From positions 124,001 to 188,000 of the forward strand of contig MCFE01000063.1 of assembly GCA_002104905.1 (NCBI GenBank): a DNA stretch of 64,000 nucleotides, read 5' to 3'. Position numbers and translations under genes: made by a program. Positions 50,299 through 62,762 of this stretch are shown here, in pieces. Origin of the DNA: Basidiobolus meristosporus CBS 931.73 (taxonomy: Eukaryota > Fungi > Basidiobolomycota). Below the pieces are notes generated by a model. It made no database searches, had not been told where the DNA came from, and saw nothing but the letters and a program-made list of their open reading frames with translations. Numbering within the stretch: position 1 is the first letter of the stretch; every line of letters begins with the position of its first letter.

Positions 50299-52295
50299 TC
50301 AGTAACAAAAAAACACACCAAATCTAAACTAAAATTGTATCAGTCGATCTACTGAAAGTGTTATTAAAAATTTGGTTTCGCATTATATTTTCATGGATCC
50401 TTGGAAGTACATCCAATATCTAGTTTCATCCTTATACATATTATCCTTTTTACTTCATAACGGCCCTGAAAGTTGCTATTGCTAGTGAATTAAGCTAGTA
50501 GTAGGCTGTGCAGATAAGACAAGCGCAATATACCACATTGCATAAGTGGGCAATGCACCTTTAGTAACGGTTCTACCTGCCAAATCTTTCGAAGAGGCTG
50601 TCATGGACGGGAGTGAAGTCTAAAAACGCGGAAGTGATACAGCAATTCAGTGATCTCATCATTCAGTTTTCTGACACTCAATTTGTACACATCGGGCTTT
50701 AATAGGAAATCAGCGCTCGGGGTCCCATAATACCCTAAAAATGTAGACCGTTTTAGGAAAAATTCGCAGGGAAATTATGCAAATGAAAGATGGTTACTTG
50801 TATCACAACAGTGCGATCTCTTGAATACCAAAAACGATAGTAGCTTGATATGCGCTATTTTCCGCCATACACCGTCAATCCTTTGTTCAATTGGAATGGA
50901 AATACAAATATATATCATAAAATCACCTGTACACTTGGCTGAACTCTAAACAATACAAAACAATATGCTGTGTTTATTCGTCGGATTGTACCCAAGCGGA
51001 TATCGGATGAACACGCTAGGAGTATATGAATCAACTCTCATATCACGAACTAAATGACTTACATAATATCAGCAGACCAGAGACACTCGTACCTGTATTT
51101 ACTAAAAGGGTTGTGGTAATTGAACAGCAACTACATCTGGTGTATAGTATTTATTACATCTTTCACAATATTCGACAAAGAGTTCTTGGATATTACCTGC
51201 TGTAGGTCTTGCATTTATTTACCCCCAGATAGTTATCAACTAGTCACAGACGCTAGTATGGATTTTCCGTTTGCCATCACCGTTGTAGCAGGACTATTCT
51301 AAGTAAGGCTATTTTCGGCATCAATGTAGATCGGTAAAAGTATAGACGCTGAAATCTCTAAGAATATCCTCGTCCACACTTTCTTATTAAGTAGCAAAAA
51401 GGAGAATGGTATATAAGTGCCTTCCTGGCCCGTTCTATGATCATCATTTAAAAGTGCAACAGATTTCACAGGTTGAAATCACCTTTCGTTACTCTTCTAC
51501 TGCTATCTATCTTAAGGGTGAGATGCTCAAAATCGCAGCTTCGGTGTTCCTTTTTGTCACTCTTGGTGCTCCAGTACTGGCTCATATGGAGATGACAAAC
51601 CCGCCTCCACGTGAATCCAAGTTCAACCCCTATTACAAGGATGGCCAAATCGACTATGATATGACCTCTCCTTTGGGTGGCCAAGTAAGTACTCCACATT
51701 AGGCTCCTTCACCACCTGGACATATCTCACCTAACCATCTTAACCCTCACCTTGCTTCTCAGTGGACTTATCCATGCCGTGGGTACGGACCAGGCCCCAG
51801 TGTGGCCACCTATCAAGCTGGAGGAACCGTTGGAGTTGATCTCGACGGTGGAGCTGTCCACAACGGTGGCCATTGCCAATTCTCGCTCTCCGTTGACGGA
51901 GGAAAGACGTTCGTGGTGATGAAGACAGTGATGGGTGACTGTATGATTGCCGCTCGTCATTACGACGTTCCCATTCCCAAGAATGCGCCCAATGGGAAGG
52001 CGACCTTTGCCTGGACTTGGATCAACAAGACCGGGAATCGCGAATACTACATGAACTGTGCGGATATCACCATCCAAGGCGGCAGCGGAAAGTGCATTAG
52101 CGGGCCCAAGAATCTGATCGCTGACCTTCCTGGATATCCCACCATCCCTGAGTTCACCAATGGAGGCTACGATGGGTCGGACCTGATGGCGAAGCGACCC
52201 ATTGTTACCTCATGCTCGAATGGCAGTACCTCCGATGACAGTGGTAGCAATCCTCCACCAGCCAGCTCAAGCACCAGCTCATCGAGTACTCCATC
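49309..52295 (+). repeat. Near-identical direct repeat: 49309-50024 and 51580-52295 (716 bp, offset 2271)
   Basis: I counted 4 mismatches, all in the first ~185 bp and 3 of them intronic. The flanks do not align at nucleotide level. Confidence 0.92.
51410..51417 (+). promoter_or_regulatory. Candidate TATA box, AA11 copy 2
   Basis: TATATAAG, ~105 nt upstream of the ATG at 51523. Confidence 0.4.
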
Positions 52296-52578
52296 TAAGG
52301 CTGCTACTAGCAAGAAAGGTAAAGGAGAATCATATAAGAAGCCAGAGGAGGCTAGAAACGAAGTACCTGCTACTGGCAATTCCTCCGGCTCTGGTACTGG
52401 TGCTGGGACTAATTATCCTTCAGAGCCATCAAATGGGAATCCTACCACTTGTGAGAGCAAGTGCCTTGGTGGACCCCACTTTCAAGTTTGCGGTAATGGA
52501 GGCACCACTGCCTTCAAGATGGTTTGCGCCTTGGGCACTACCTGCCATATGCAAGATGGCGTAGTCGCTTGCTACTAA
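51523..52578 (+). CDS. AA11-like LPMO, copy 2
   Basis: Same mature catalytic domain as copy 1; different signal peptide (MLKIAASVFLFVTLGAPVLA), distal linker and C-terminal module. Confidence 0.88.
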
Positions 52579-53151
52579 TTTATTAGGCATTCAATATTTT
52601 TGGATTAATTCTAAATATGCATTACATTTGAACCTCGAGGTCTCTTTCAATTGGATCTTAATTATGGGCATTTGAAGCCAGATCAGTTTGAAGTATATAA
52701 AGTACTTGGAATATTTCCAACGTCCAGTATTCAATGGCAACCGCTCTTATTGGCAGTTTTATTATATTTATGTACATTGCGTTTGAAGCTATATTGCGAG
52801 TTACTTCTGGCACATCGCAGTAGGTCTCAATTTACGCGAGTAGGGTGTGTTGAATATGATTATTGGATTTGGTCTGGGAATCATGTTCGTATGGCTTGCA
52901 TTTCATGACTCGATCAGTGATTACCTATTTCATTTCTTTTATACCCCCCTTCCCATTGGCATTAGGGCTGATTGGCTATTTAGGGCTGGTTTGTTACTTG
53001 TTGACAGTACAAAGTATCAGAATATTTGGAACAAAGTAAACTTTTATTGCTCTCAATTGCGAATGTCGATGTGTATTTCTTTGCCACAACTGAGCAAGTG
53101 CATAGCCCCATAAGCCGTTAGCCTTCATGTTGGGTCAGCTGCCACATATGA

Positions 53152-54243
53152 TCAAATATTTTTTAGCTGATTACCAAGAGATAGACGGCTGTCGTGTTCT
53201 TGAACGCGCTCTTCACAATCGGCATCCTGATGAATCAAGTATCCTGACCAGCCCTCTGAACTACACCTCCAGCCATTGATATGAGCAAGGTAAGTCAAAA
53301 TTGATTGGTCTTGTCGATGATTCGCTCTGCTAGACCCCTTGGGTGCAATGCAATCCTGGCGTAGAGCGCACTCCCTAAAGGGCCGTATGACGGTGTTCAT
53401 TATGGTTCGATTTTCGCTATTCAAGCCTATAAGTGCGCCATTACAGTTCCTCAAATTAGAGTATTTTTCGATCGAATCCTTGAAGAAATCGAACACGCCT
53501 GGATGTGTGTAATCCCTCACTGTCCCACTACTGCTTGGACTCCAGAATCCGTGCTCTTCGATATGCCTAACCGCTTTGCGAAGAAAATGTGGGAAGACAC
53601 GATTTCCAGAATCCATCCAAAGTAGTGCACCTGGAAACTCGTCCGCAACTTCATTGATCATACCTGCTTTCCAGGCGTACTCTCCACGGCTCTTGTTGAT
53701 ATCCCAAAATTTCGGGTATTTTGTAAAATCGAATCTTTTAAGGTGATGGAAATAACCTTTATCCTGCAGACCAAGTAACTTGGACCGCTCCTCATCCCGT
53801 AAATTCATGTCATAAACCACGATTCTTGGTAATGCTCTCTTATCCAGGAACGATCTAGTATCATGCAGAGAGTACAGGAATCCCAGCAAAGGGCAGAAGT
53901 GGTTCGGGCTTGCTGCTGTGACTATAGTGTAGCGAAAGTGATCTGAGATTAACTTCTCCTGATCTCCTTGGGCTGTCTATTGTATTAGAAGCAAATCTTT
54001 CAGGTTCAAGCAGAAAGAAAATTTACCGATGCCACAGGTAGAATTCGCCTTGAAATTCCTCAATTTTGTCATACCAAAAAACCCCGCTCCTATCAACAAT
54101 AAGAACACCTGGAAAAGAAAACTCCTTCTCACAGAGAGATGGCGATAATTGTTGTTTTCTGGAAGAGCCTTTTTTTTTATGTGTGGTATCTTTGGTGTTG
54201 TTTGGAAAGCCTTGTTTGTCGCAATCTTGGATAATGGCATCAT
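53152..54243 (-). CDS. Type II membrane DUF1647-like putative glycosyltransferase
   Basis: N-terminal TM helix (FLFQVFLLLIGAGFFG), intron, TIVTAASPNHF, VVYDMNL, YAWKAGMI, LLWMDSG, CALRQDCIAPKG, HRQDQSIL. The family call is from motif recall. Confidence 0.68.
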
Positions 54244-56664
54244 CAGCTATGGTAAAAATTCGGGGATGGTCCGGATTTGTTGACAGGCGGGTAGCAAAGA
54301 GGTTGGCTGAAAGATACAAACTGAGCTCAAGTAGGATGTATATTCTTTATGGTACAAGCAGAAAAAGAACCGTGGAATACGGAGAATGAACAAGAAAAGT
54401 GAACAAAAGTGCGCAGTTGAAACGAAGTTAGTAGAAAAGAGCCTGCTTTTCTTCCCAAGATACTGGTATGTGTGTGCCTGGACTCAAACCACACCCAGGC
54501 TTTTATACGAAAACACGGTGTTCACCAGATAGCACGGTTGATACTAAAGGAATATCTATCATATGCTAACTCGTTTTCCCACTGCGCTGATCCCCTGCAT
54601 GCTCTAATCCTAATTGGATTGCTTGGTTGGGGTAATCAAATCAGGTCAGATTAGTGTGAAGACCCAAAAGCCATTGCTTATTGCTCATACTCCTCTAAAT
54701 TTCCAATATATATCAAAGGAGCTGATTTAACTATCCCCTATGTGTAATTAGAATAATTAGAATAGGTGATATAGCGGATGTTGCGTTGTCTCATTTCCCA
54801 TATCTCCAAAACGGAAATTTGGACTTGTAAACCTGACAAAAACGGAAAAATTTCCACTTGCTACTAGCATATGTTCAAGGTCGTTTCAGATTCATTTTGG
54901 ATGATAAAACCAGATTGGCTGAAATGTCACTTTCGTAAGAATCCTCAAACTAGTTGCTAGTACAATGAGTTCTTTGGCAATTATCAATCTATGTGTAAGA
55001 GTTATTGGTACAGGAACTTGTGGTACGAGAACAATCCACCAGTCACGATTGAATACACCACCAAGTTCAATACATATCCAAATTTTGCACCTGGCAATTG
55101 TGCCTGTAAACCTGCTGAAATTCTTGAACTTTCGACTGTTTTCAGGAACACTCAGTGCTAAGTGCGGAATATAGTAATTGTAGCATTCCTTACCCGTGAT
55201 ACTGCTTTCAAAAACTGCTGTTTAGGATATTGTTCATGTGTCCAATTCGAAGTAGAAATCTACTACTTTTCTTCAGGTCTCGTCCTACCTCGAGTAATAT
55301 TTGTAATGTATTTATAGCGATTGCAACTGTAATGACCATTCGGATAACTTAACTTTAAACCGGAAGCCAGATTTCTTGCATAATCTTATTAAAACCATAG
55401 TCAAATTCAACCTGCCAATATCTTAATTCCTCAAAGGGCTGTAAAATAATTGGGAAGAGCCGCTAACTACATTCAGGGATTTCCCTCACACTACCCTTGC
55501 CAACACTCCCTGTTGATGCGCTTTGTAAGGCATAATAGGTATGCACAAAGCCCTGCCCCTCTACACGTTGCAAATAGCTATACCTTTCCAAAAACATTCT
55601 GGGATATCCAAATACTTCTATCCCTTTCGCCTGTATCTTCAAGGTGATTCCATTTGTAGACCAACTTTATTAGTGCTCTGTAAGCATTAATGGCTGTCAT
55701 GATGGCGATGGCTCGATTATAACCACAATGGCCAGCGCCCGCATAACATATCGAATAGGAGAGCTCTTGAGTCAACTGTGTAAATGCTTATTAAGGGTAC
55801 AGTGAAAGCAGCGCATACCGTTTGATGATGCACTTACATATGGGTTGGACAGTGGTGGCATCGCTATGTGTGCAATGTTCAAAAGGCGCTATTTGCAAGG
55901 TAGGTTGTACAGTGTAATTTATTTGGTATCCTAGTAAGCCTGAAACCCGGCTGATTTTGGCCAAACGTTTCAAGACCCTAAGAAATTCCGCCTTGGCACA
56001 TGTGATGGTATGAGTCCATTGTGGCACGAAAAATCAGTGGTAGTATCTGGCCAATAGATGAAAATCCCCGCGTCCTTCATCTACCACCAAAGAAAACGGC
56101 ACGTCCAATGGATTTGTTGCTGGTATGCCCATGAGCTTCTGATTAGATATCAGCGATTCAATTTAAGGTTGGTAGGTTAATTTATCCCATCACTGTCTGA
56201 CGACTTAGTATACACCATTAGCTTGCTATGCCATTTATATGTAGTCTTCCTACTAGGATACATAGATAGCTCAGCCAAGTCAATTTGCTCTCTTCATCAA
56301 CAATTGAATACTCAATGGAGTTATAGAGTACTCGTTCCGAGCCAATGCCACCTGGAATTCAGATTCGACATGCTTTAGGATTGTGGTCGTTCCATAACAC
56401 AAACGATCTCATCCAATACAATAAAAACGTTTTCCCAACTATTGCATCAGGTTTTTAGTACTCTACTTTATGCGGATCATCCACATTCCCACGTTGTCCA
56501 TTTATTGGTAATCATAGAGTGCCATCTCACAAATGTTACTTCGGGCACGAAAGTTCCACATCCAGTGTTTTCATCTACGCTGGACCAATGAATTCCACAT
56601 GAGGGGAAGCTTTCCTGTTCTGAGTATATACCTTTTAGAGGCGGGGACATCAAGCTTCTTGTGA

Positions 56665-56671
56665 TATAAAT
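56665..56671 (+). promoter_or_regulatory. Candidate TATA box, GDPD gene
   Basis: TATAAAT, ~60 nt upstream of the ATG. Confidence 0.4.
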
Positions 56672-56732
56672 TTCATAGCTGGCAACTTGGTGATTACCTA
56701 TCGGGACTTCACTAGTCATTGCTGATCTAGAA

Positions 56733-57984
56733 ATGTTGGTTAGATCCTCAGTCTTAGGCCTCTTATATCTCTCTGCTCTTTCACTCGTTAGTGGTGCACC
56801 TGTTCAGATTTCTTCAAGAAAGTGGAACACCCTAGACGGAAAGCCCAGTTTGCTTTTCGGCCACCGAGGCGATAAGGCCATGATGCCCGAGCATACCTTG
56901 GGATCCTACCATCTTGCTGCCATCGAAGGAGCGGATTACGTTGAGCCAGACCTTGCACTCACCAAAGACGGGCACTTGGTTTGCAACCATGACCTCTCAC
57001 TTCTATCGACTACAGACATTGCCGAGCACCCGGAGTTTGCCAGCAGACAACGTAACCTGACCGATATCTTGGATGATGTGGAGACTACCATAACCAATAA
57101 CTGGTTCATCGAAGATTTCACCCTTGCTGAGTTGAAAACCCTTAAAGTTCGTCAGGCACAGGTTGGGGTGCGTCCTTTATATTTTGACCATACATTCGAG
57201 ATCCCCACTTTCGAGGAGTATCTCACGCTGATCCAGAATCTTTCGGTTCGACTAAACCGTCCAATTGGTTGGTTCCATTTCATTCCACAAATTCGCGCAA
57301 ACGTTCGTCAATTAACCATTCAATACAGGAATTGTTCCTGAGCTCAAGCATGCCGCTCACAACAATAAGTTACACAGCAACACACCTCATTTCTTCGAGA
57401 ACCTAGTGTTGGATACATTAGATAAATTTGGCTATCCCCGCCGCAACAATAATATTAACGCCACCCATATTCTTCGTGATGATGGTGTCGCCGTTCCTCG
57501 AGGCCACATTGTCATTCAAAATTTTGAAGTCGAATCAGCCAAGTACCTAGGGAAGAACTCCGACCATGACATTCTTATGCTAGTATGGGCCAACGCCTGG
57601 GCCCTCACCCCTAAAGGGCTGGATGATATCGCGACATTCGCCACCCATATTGGTCCATGGAAGGAATTTTTCGTTACCGGAGCCGAGGCTGAGTACAAAT
57701 ACAACGCTATCAAATGGGATAAAAATCAAATCCGTAAGCTTGGTGGATTCATCCCCCCTCATAGACTGATGAAGGAGATCCACAAACGTAAGCTTCGTGC
57801 TATTGGATATACTTTCTACGATAGCCATGAGCCTTCGCAGCGAGGATGTGCCATCAAGTGTTCGAAAGAGTCACGTGCACAGGAGCTCGACTATTTCTTC
57901 AAGCTAGGTATGGATGGCCTTTTTGTAGAAGGAGTTTCCAATGCTATCCAGATCCGTGATCAATACTTTGGGATTATGGCTTAA
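56733..57984 (+). CDS. Secreted glycerophosphodiester phosphodiesterase (GlpQ-like GDPD)
   Basis: Signal peptide, GHRG, PEHTLGSY, EPD, CNHD, EDFTLAELKTL, IPTFEEY, spliced GIVPELKH, GMDGLF. One intron. Confidence 0.92.
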
Positions 57985-60375
57985 AGGCGGAGATGCTGCT
58001 CAGTACAAATCCTGGCTTGGAAATAAATTTTGAGTGAAAATCATTGCGTCATTCTTTAGGAGCGTATTGTTCCAGGATTGCTGCCGTAGTCAATTGCTTC
58101 CATTGTCTCATGTTCGGTGGAACTGGTTATACATAATTTACTAACTTGGCTATGATGGGGAATATTACCACGGGCCCAGTCCATTATACTATAGATTACT
58201 GCCCACCAGATATAGAATCTGTTTGGTGATGGGTATTGGAATGTTTGCACGCCCATTTCCAGTAGCCCAGGCTGATATTGTAGTGTCAGTTATTGCTTCC
58301 AGATCCTGTGCCGAAAATCTGCGATTTTGACAGCCCCTATGAATTCTTCTAGATCAGCCCTAAATGCTCTAGTGGCTGAGTAATATTCACTACACATAGC
58401 TGTGTTTCATTAAGTTCCTTAAGCTAAAATGAGTATGTTTCAAGAGATAGCTAAATATGTGCCAAATTGGACGCGTGATTCAGTCAATGGCACAGAGATG
58501 AACAAGGAGTCGATACGAATCTACCTGGTTTGGGCTAGCAACGATGGGAATTCTATTGCCAAGTACATCGCCAAAGGTTTCTACCAGCTTGCAATCATTG
58601 ATACAATTAACAAAGGATTACCAACGGGCCTATTGACCGTAGTCTACTTTGAGCAGTTGTCAATTATCACGTGGTCACAAGCCAGTTCCGTTAAGCAATG
58701 TGAATGGATACATGAAGGCAGGGTGGAGAGCTACGCATTTTGTGACAATTGTAGACGACAGCTGTCAGTTAAGTGGGCATTAGTGCAGGCCGCATTGATT
58801 TTTACTCCAGTCATTAGAAACGAGTAACATATATATTCAAATTGCTATTAGTGAGAAAGTCCCTGCACAAATCCCAGGCTTCATGGTCACTTGGAGAAGT
58901 GGAAGCTGGCGGTTTAATGCAATTCGCAAATCAATACATACCCAGTTGTCTAGATAGTCGAGTTAAAATCATGCAATAAAGCTGCGAGCATTGCCAATGA
59001 GGTATGTGTATTTTGGCTAGCCTTCTATATGATGAAATAACCTGTTTCGTCATCAATAGATGATTTGTATGTGGCTTTTGCAGATCTGACCGATGATGGC
59101 CCTCATATTATATGGCAATTTGCGATGAAGCACAGAGTGCACCACTAAATCACTTCCGTCATGATGATGAATCACTCCACTTCTACCTGCCTCAACTATG
59201 ATGTCCAACGTCTGTTGTGCCCGTAGGATCTAGCCGTGGATTCCATCGACAGTGATCCCAACAGACTCAGGTAGATGTCCTTATTGATCGTGGGAGACCC
59301 AACTTCGGGCATGACTAGTTCGTTCTGGAATGATCTCAACTGCTGATCAAGGTTCATTGTTCTTCAACACATGGTGTGATTTGAAGAGTTGGTGCCCGTA
59401 TCATGACGTGGTTTATATGCTGAAACATCGAGATGGGTCTGTAGATACTTAGCTGGTGAGCGGTTCCTACCCGTATGCAGTCAGTAATTGCTAGTTCTGT
59501 TGGTGGCATGCGTGGAGAGAGCAATTTGCGGTACTGATGCTTCGGCTTTGCGGATGGCATGCCACCTGAAACAAGTCAGTTGTACTGATATTGCGGAGAA
59601 GGCGGTCTATAGTCGACTGAAACTAACAGTCGATCTCTAGTTTCTCCCAGAATGGGTGCATGCAAAATCAGATCCAAACCAAATGGGAAGATGATCAATT
59701 ATGGACTGTTGTCCTCAGAAGGAATGGGTGCAGCCGCGGAACGGATTTCTTTTTGAATAGGCAAGGCAGAGAAAAGGCATGGCCAGGGGTGATTACTCAC
59801 GACGCAGGGCGCTGGCTGGCTGCAGGGCTCTTCTCGGTGGCCGAGAAATCAACTTACCATCATTAGGAAGCCATGTCGATATGCCAGATGATATAAGGTT
59901 GATGGAAGCAGGAGACGGTGTAGTGAATCGATTTGTGATCAGTAGTCGAGATTTCCCGGGTGCATTCCAGATAATTCTCTTCGGTTAGCTGAGATGTTTG
60001 GACTCTGAGACTGTTTAGTGTCGACCTGAAACTATCATAGTCTCAACCATGATTAAGACCTGCTGAATGAACCTGATGGAGCATTTGTAAACATCAATCA
60101 CTGTCCTCACTAATTAAATATAACCCTGTTTGTGCTTCAGAGCTGATTGATTATTTAATTTTCTTGAACCGGCTACGCAACAAGACAGAAGGCTCATTAG
60201 TATTATGTCAGTTTTTGTATCAGTCTATATTTAAAGTAACATCACACCAAGACATTGCGCTTTTGGGTAAAGTGATTGGTGGTGAGTGAAAGTTGCTACT
60301 CTAATGTTTTCAAGTATCTTCTAAATTCTTTCTACCAACTGAGGTCATCTGAAACGAATTTGGATGGACCAACAC

Positions 60376-60384
60376 TATATAAAG
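60376..60384 (+). promoter_or_regulatory. TATA box, CCCH gene
   Basis: TATATAAAG, 67 nt upstream of the ATG at 60452. Confidence 0.5.
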
Positions 60385-60451
60385 ATTGGCCAACCTTCAG
60401 TAAATCGGAAATCCATCCACTACTGAACCGGATATTTTGATCCTAGCAATT

Positions 60452-61395
60452 ATGGATTCGTACACAATACCAAGATTCTCTGTCTGGTGTAATCCTTCGA
60501 TGAACAGTTGTTCCTGGACATTCAATACATCTTCCGGCTCACCCATCAATGCCCAGAGCACTGCAGACGAGGATGATAAGCGGAGATTGGTTGATTGCAC
60601 CTTTGCCACTGGTGCTACAATTCCTATGGGTGGCTCCTCCTTAGATGCGTATTTCGAGAGAAGCTTCTCATGTGAGAGCCTGGCCAGTTCCAATGATCTT
60701 TCAATACCAAACTCCTCCGATTCAGAGGATATCAAACCTTCGTGGCCCCATCAAATCCTACCTGATGCCTGTACCATAGATTCTGCTCCAAAGTTCGATG
60801 ATACTCAGCCCTTAGAGAACGATCCAGCGGGCATAAACCGATTGGAATGCCACCGAAATTCTTGGGATAGCAATGGTGGAATCGTAAACCATAGGATAGC
60901 AAATCAAGCTGTACAGCCGGTAATCGAGAAAGACAACAGGAAAAGCAATTTGTACAAGACTGAGTTCTGTAGAAGTTATGAGGAGACAGGTTATTGCAGG
61001 TCAGTAGGTCATCCGCTTCCATTGCATAAGAAATGTTCTGACGTAACAGAATTAGATATGGCTCCAAATGCCAATTTGCGCATAGTTCTTCGGAATTGAG
61101 AGTGATCGCTCGCCATCCAAAATACAAAACAGTAATATGTAAAACGTTTTGGGAGCAAGGGACCTGTCCTTATGGAAAACGTTGTTGTTTCATTCATCAC
61201 ACAAAATCCGAAAACGGAGAGCAGTCCAAGCATCATAGGGGCTCGAATACCTGGGAAGTCTTTTCATTTCAGCCGAATTCGCGAATTCGTAGAAATTCTG
61301 CAGACATGGTGTATACACTAATCTCGAAGGACTGTGAGGCATCAAGTAAGGAATGCTTTAATAAGAGGCTACCGATTTTCCAGCATATAGGCTAA
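60452..61395 (+). CDS. Tandem CCCH zinc-finger ARE-binding protein (TTP/Tis11/Cth1-2 family)
   Basis: [26 protein letters not shown] and [28 protein letters not shown], joined across one intron. Confidence 0.92.
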
Positions 61396-62128
61396 GGTCT
61401 TTCCATATCACGCATTACCAACCTATGCACTCGAGATTTTCTTTCATGCTTTGAAATGGATGTTTTGTTTCAAATTTTTAATTGCTTTCACCAAAAAATG
61501 AAAAGAAAGCTTGGTTAGTTTAAACAATAGTGTATATATCATGTACAAAGATAATTCCTTCCCACCATCACTACCATCGTATTGCCCATATATAGGTTGA
61601 GTTATATTTCAGCTCTCTGCATTTGCATGATCTTTGTGGTAGTAATTATTGCCTAAATAGTTAATTTATTTTTGGTGTATTAACATTTTGCATATGCGAG
61701 TTTGCGCAGTGTTTCCAGTCTACAATAAATATAGCTTAAGAATGCAAAATTGCATATAATCTTTTTAATCCTGAATATAAAGGTCAGTGTGCTCAGCTCA
61801 ATGTCTAGCACATGCTTTAGTTTAAGGCACAAAATGGTAATCAGCTACCCATAATTTTCAAAGAATTGCTTGGATATGTAAGGAGATGGATAGTAGCACT
61901 TCACAACCTCTAACTAACATGCAGTTTTTTGATATCAATACATTTGTTACAAGTGGGAATATGGATATGTACTTTGGGTAGGGGGACAAAGTTAATTCCA
62001 GTAGGTGAAGCCATAATATGCAATAGTACAAGCTTGACTATATATTAAGTAACTTGTTGGGGATGACATTCAATAGTAGGTGAGATCCTGAGTTTGAAGC
62101 TTGAAAAAAGAATCTCAATACAGTACAG

Positions 62129-62626
62129 GTGTTAGGGGGGGAGACAGTCACCAACAGGTGTAATTCTTATTTCAGTTGAAACAAAGAAGACAGCACTACA
62201 GATGAAGCTTTGATACAAGAGTGTGTAACTGAGGGGAATTGGCAGGTAAGCTAATAAGGAGAGATGATAGTTCTTCAATGCTCAAGACACTGTTCAGTGG
62301 GAAAGGGGGTAGCAGGAGGGGCAAGAATGATTTGTGAACAACATTGATAAGGCAAATATGATAAGTATTGACACTAATCACAAAGGGAGTGTGCTGTTTC
62401 AGATACTGTTGCCAAAGGTCTGTCAAGTACTTCAGGTAGGCCAGCTTGGGTTTTCTGAATGCATGATATAATTGGCAAACTTCTTGACATCTGGATCTCC
62501 AACTATAGTTCTCCAGTAGGAGCCAGGTGAGGTGCAGTGAGTTTGCTTCCAGGCCTTGATCAGTGGGTTATTGCAGTGGTGAAGTCTGAGATATAATCCA
62601 GTTCTAAAGTAGAGAAGTGTGATCTT
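62129..62626 (-). mobile_element. 5'-truncated non-LTR retrotransposon 3' end, copy 1 (older, more diverged)
   Basis: Homologous to 63143-63630; same terminal ...tgactgtctccccccctaacac. Confidence 0.8.
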
Positions 62627-62762
62627 GGGTTAAGCATAGTGGATCACAGTCATCAAGTGGTGAAATCTTCATATACTTATGACAAGAATCAAAAGAGGCC
62701 AAGTTAATCTGAAGTTAATCCTAGAAAGCGAGGCCTGAGAGATTGTTGTATCCAAGAGAAAA

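Noticed and set aside
49033-52379. Antisense and alternate-frame ORFs duplicated across the AA11 genes
   Set aside because: Shadow ORFs of the GC-richer coding sequence, duplicated only because the tract is duplicated.
58308-58345. GAVKIADF (+1 frameshift) G on the minus strand, resembling a kinase DFG motif
   Set aside because: No correctly spaced HRD, APE or Gly-loop motifs nearby; too short to call a kinase pseudogene.
58429-58827. 132-aa plus-strand ORF
   Set aside because: No motif, signal or splice support; left uncalled.
61660-61675. AU-rich element for CCCH autoregulation
   Set aside because: No full UUAUUUAUU nonamer, and it is probably beyond the 3' UTR.
62627-62632. GGGTTA telomere-like hexamers at the copy 1 junction and at the window end
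   Set aside because: Isolated single hexamers; the first falls within residual homology to the element. No telomeric array is present.
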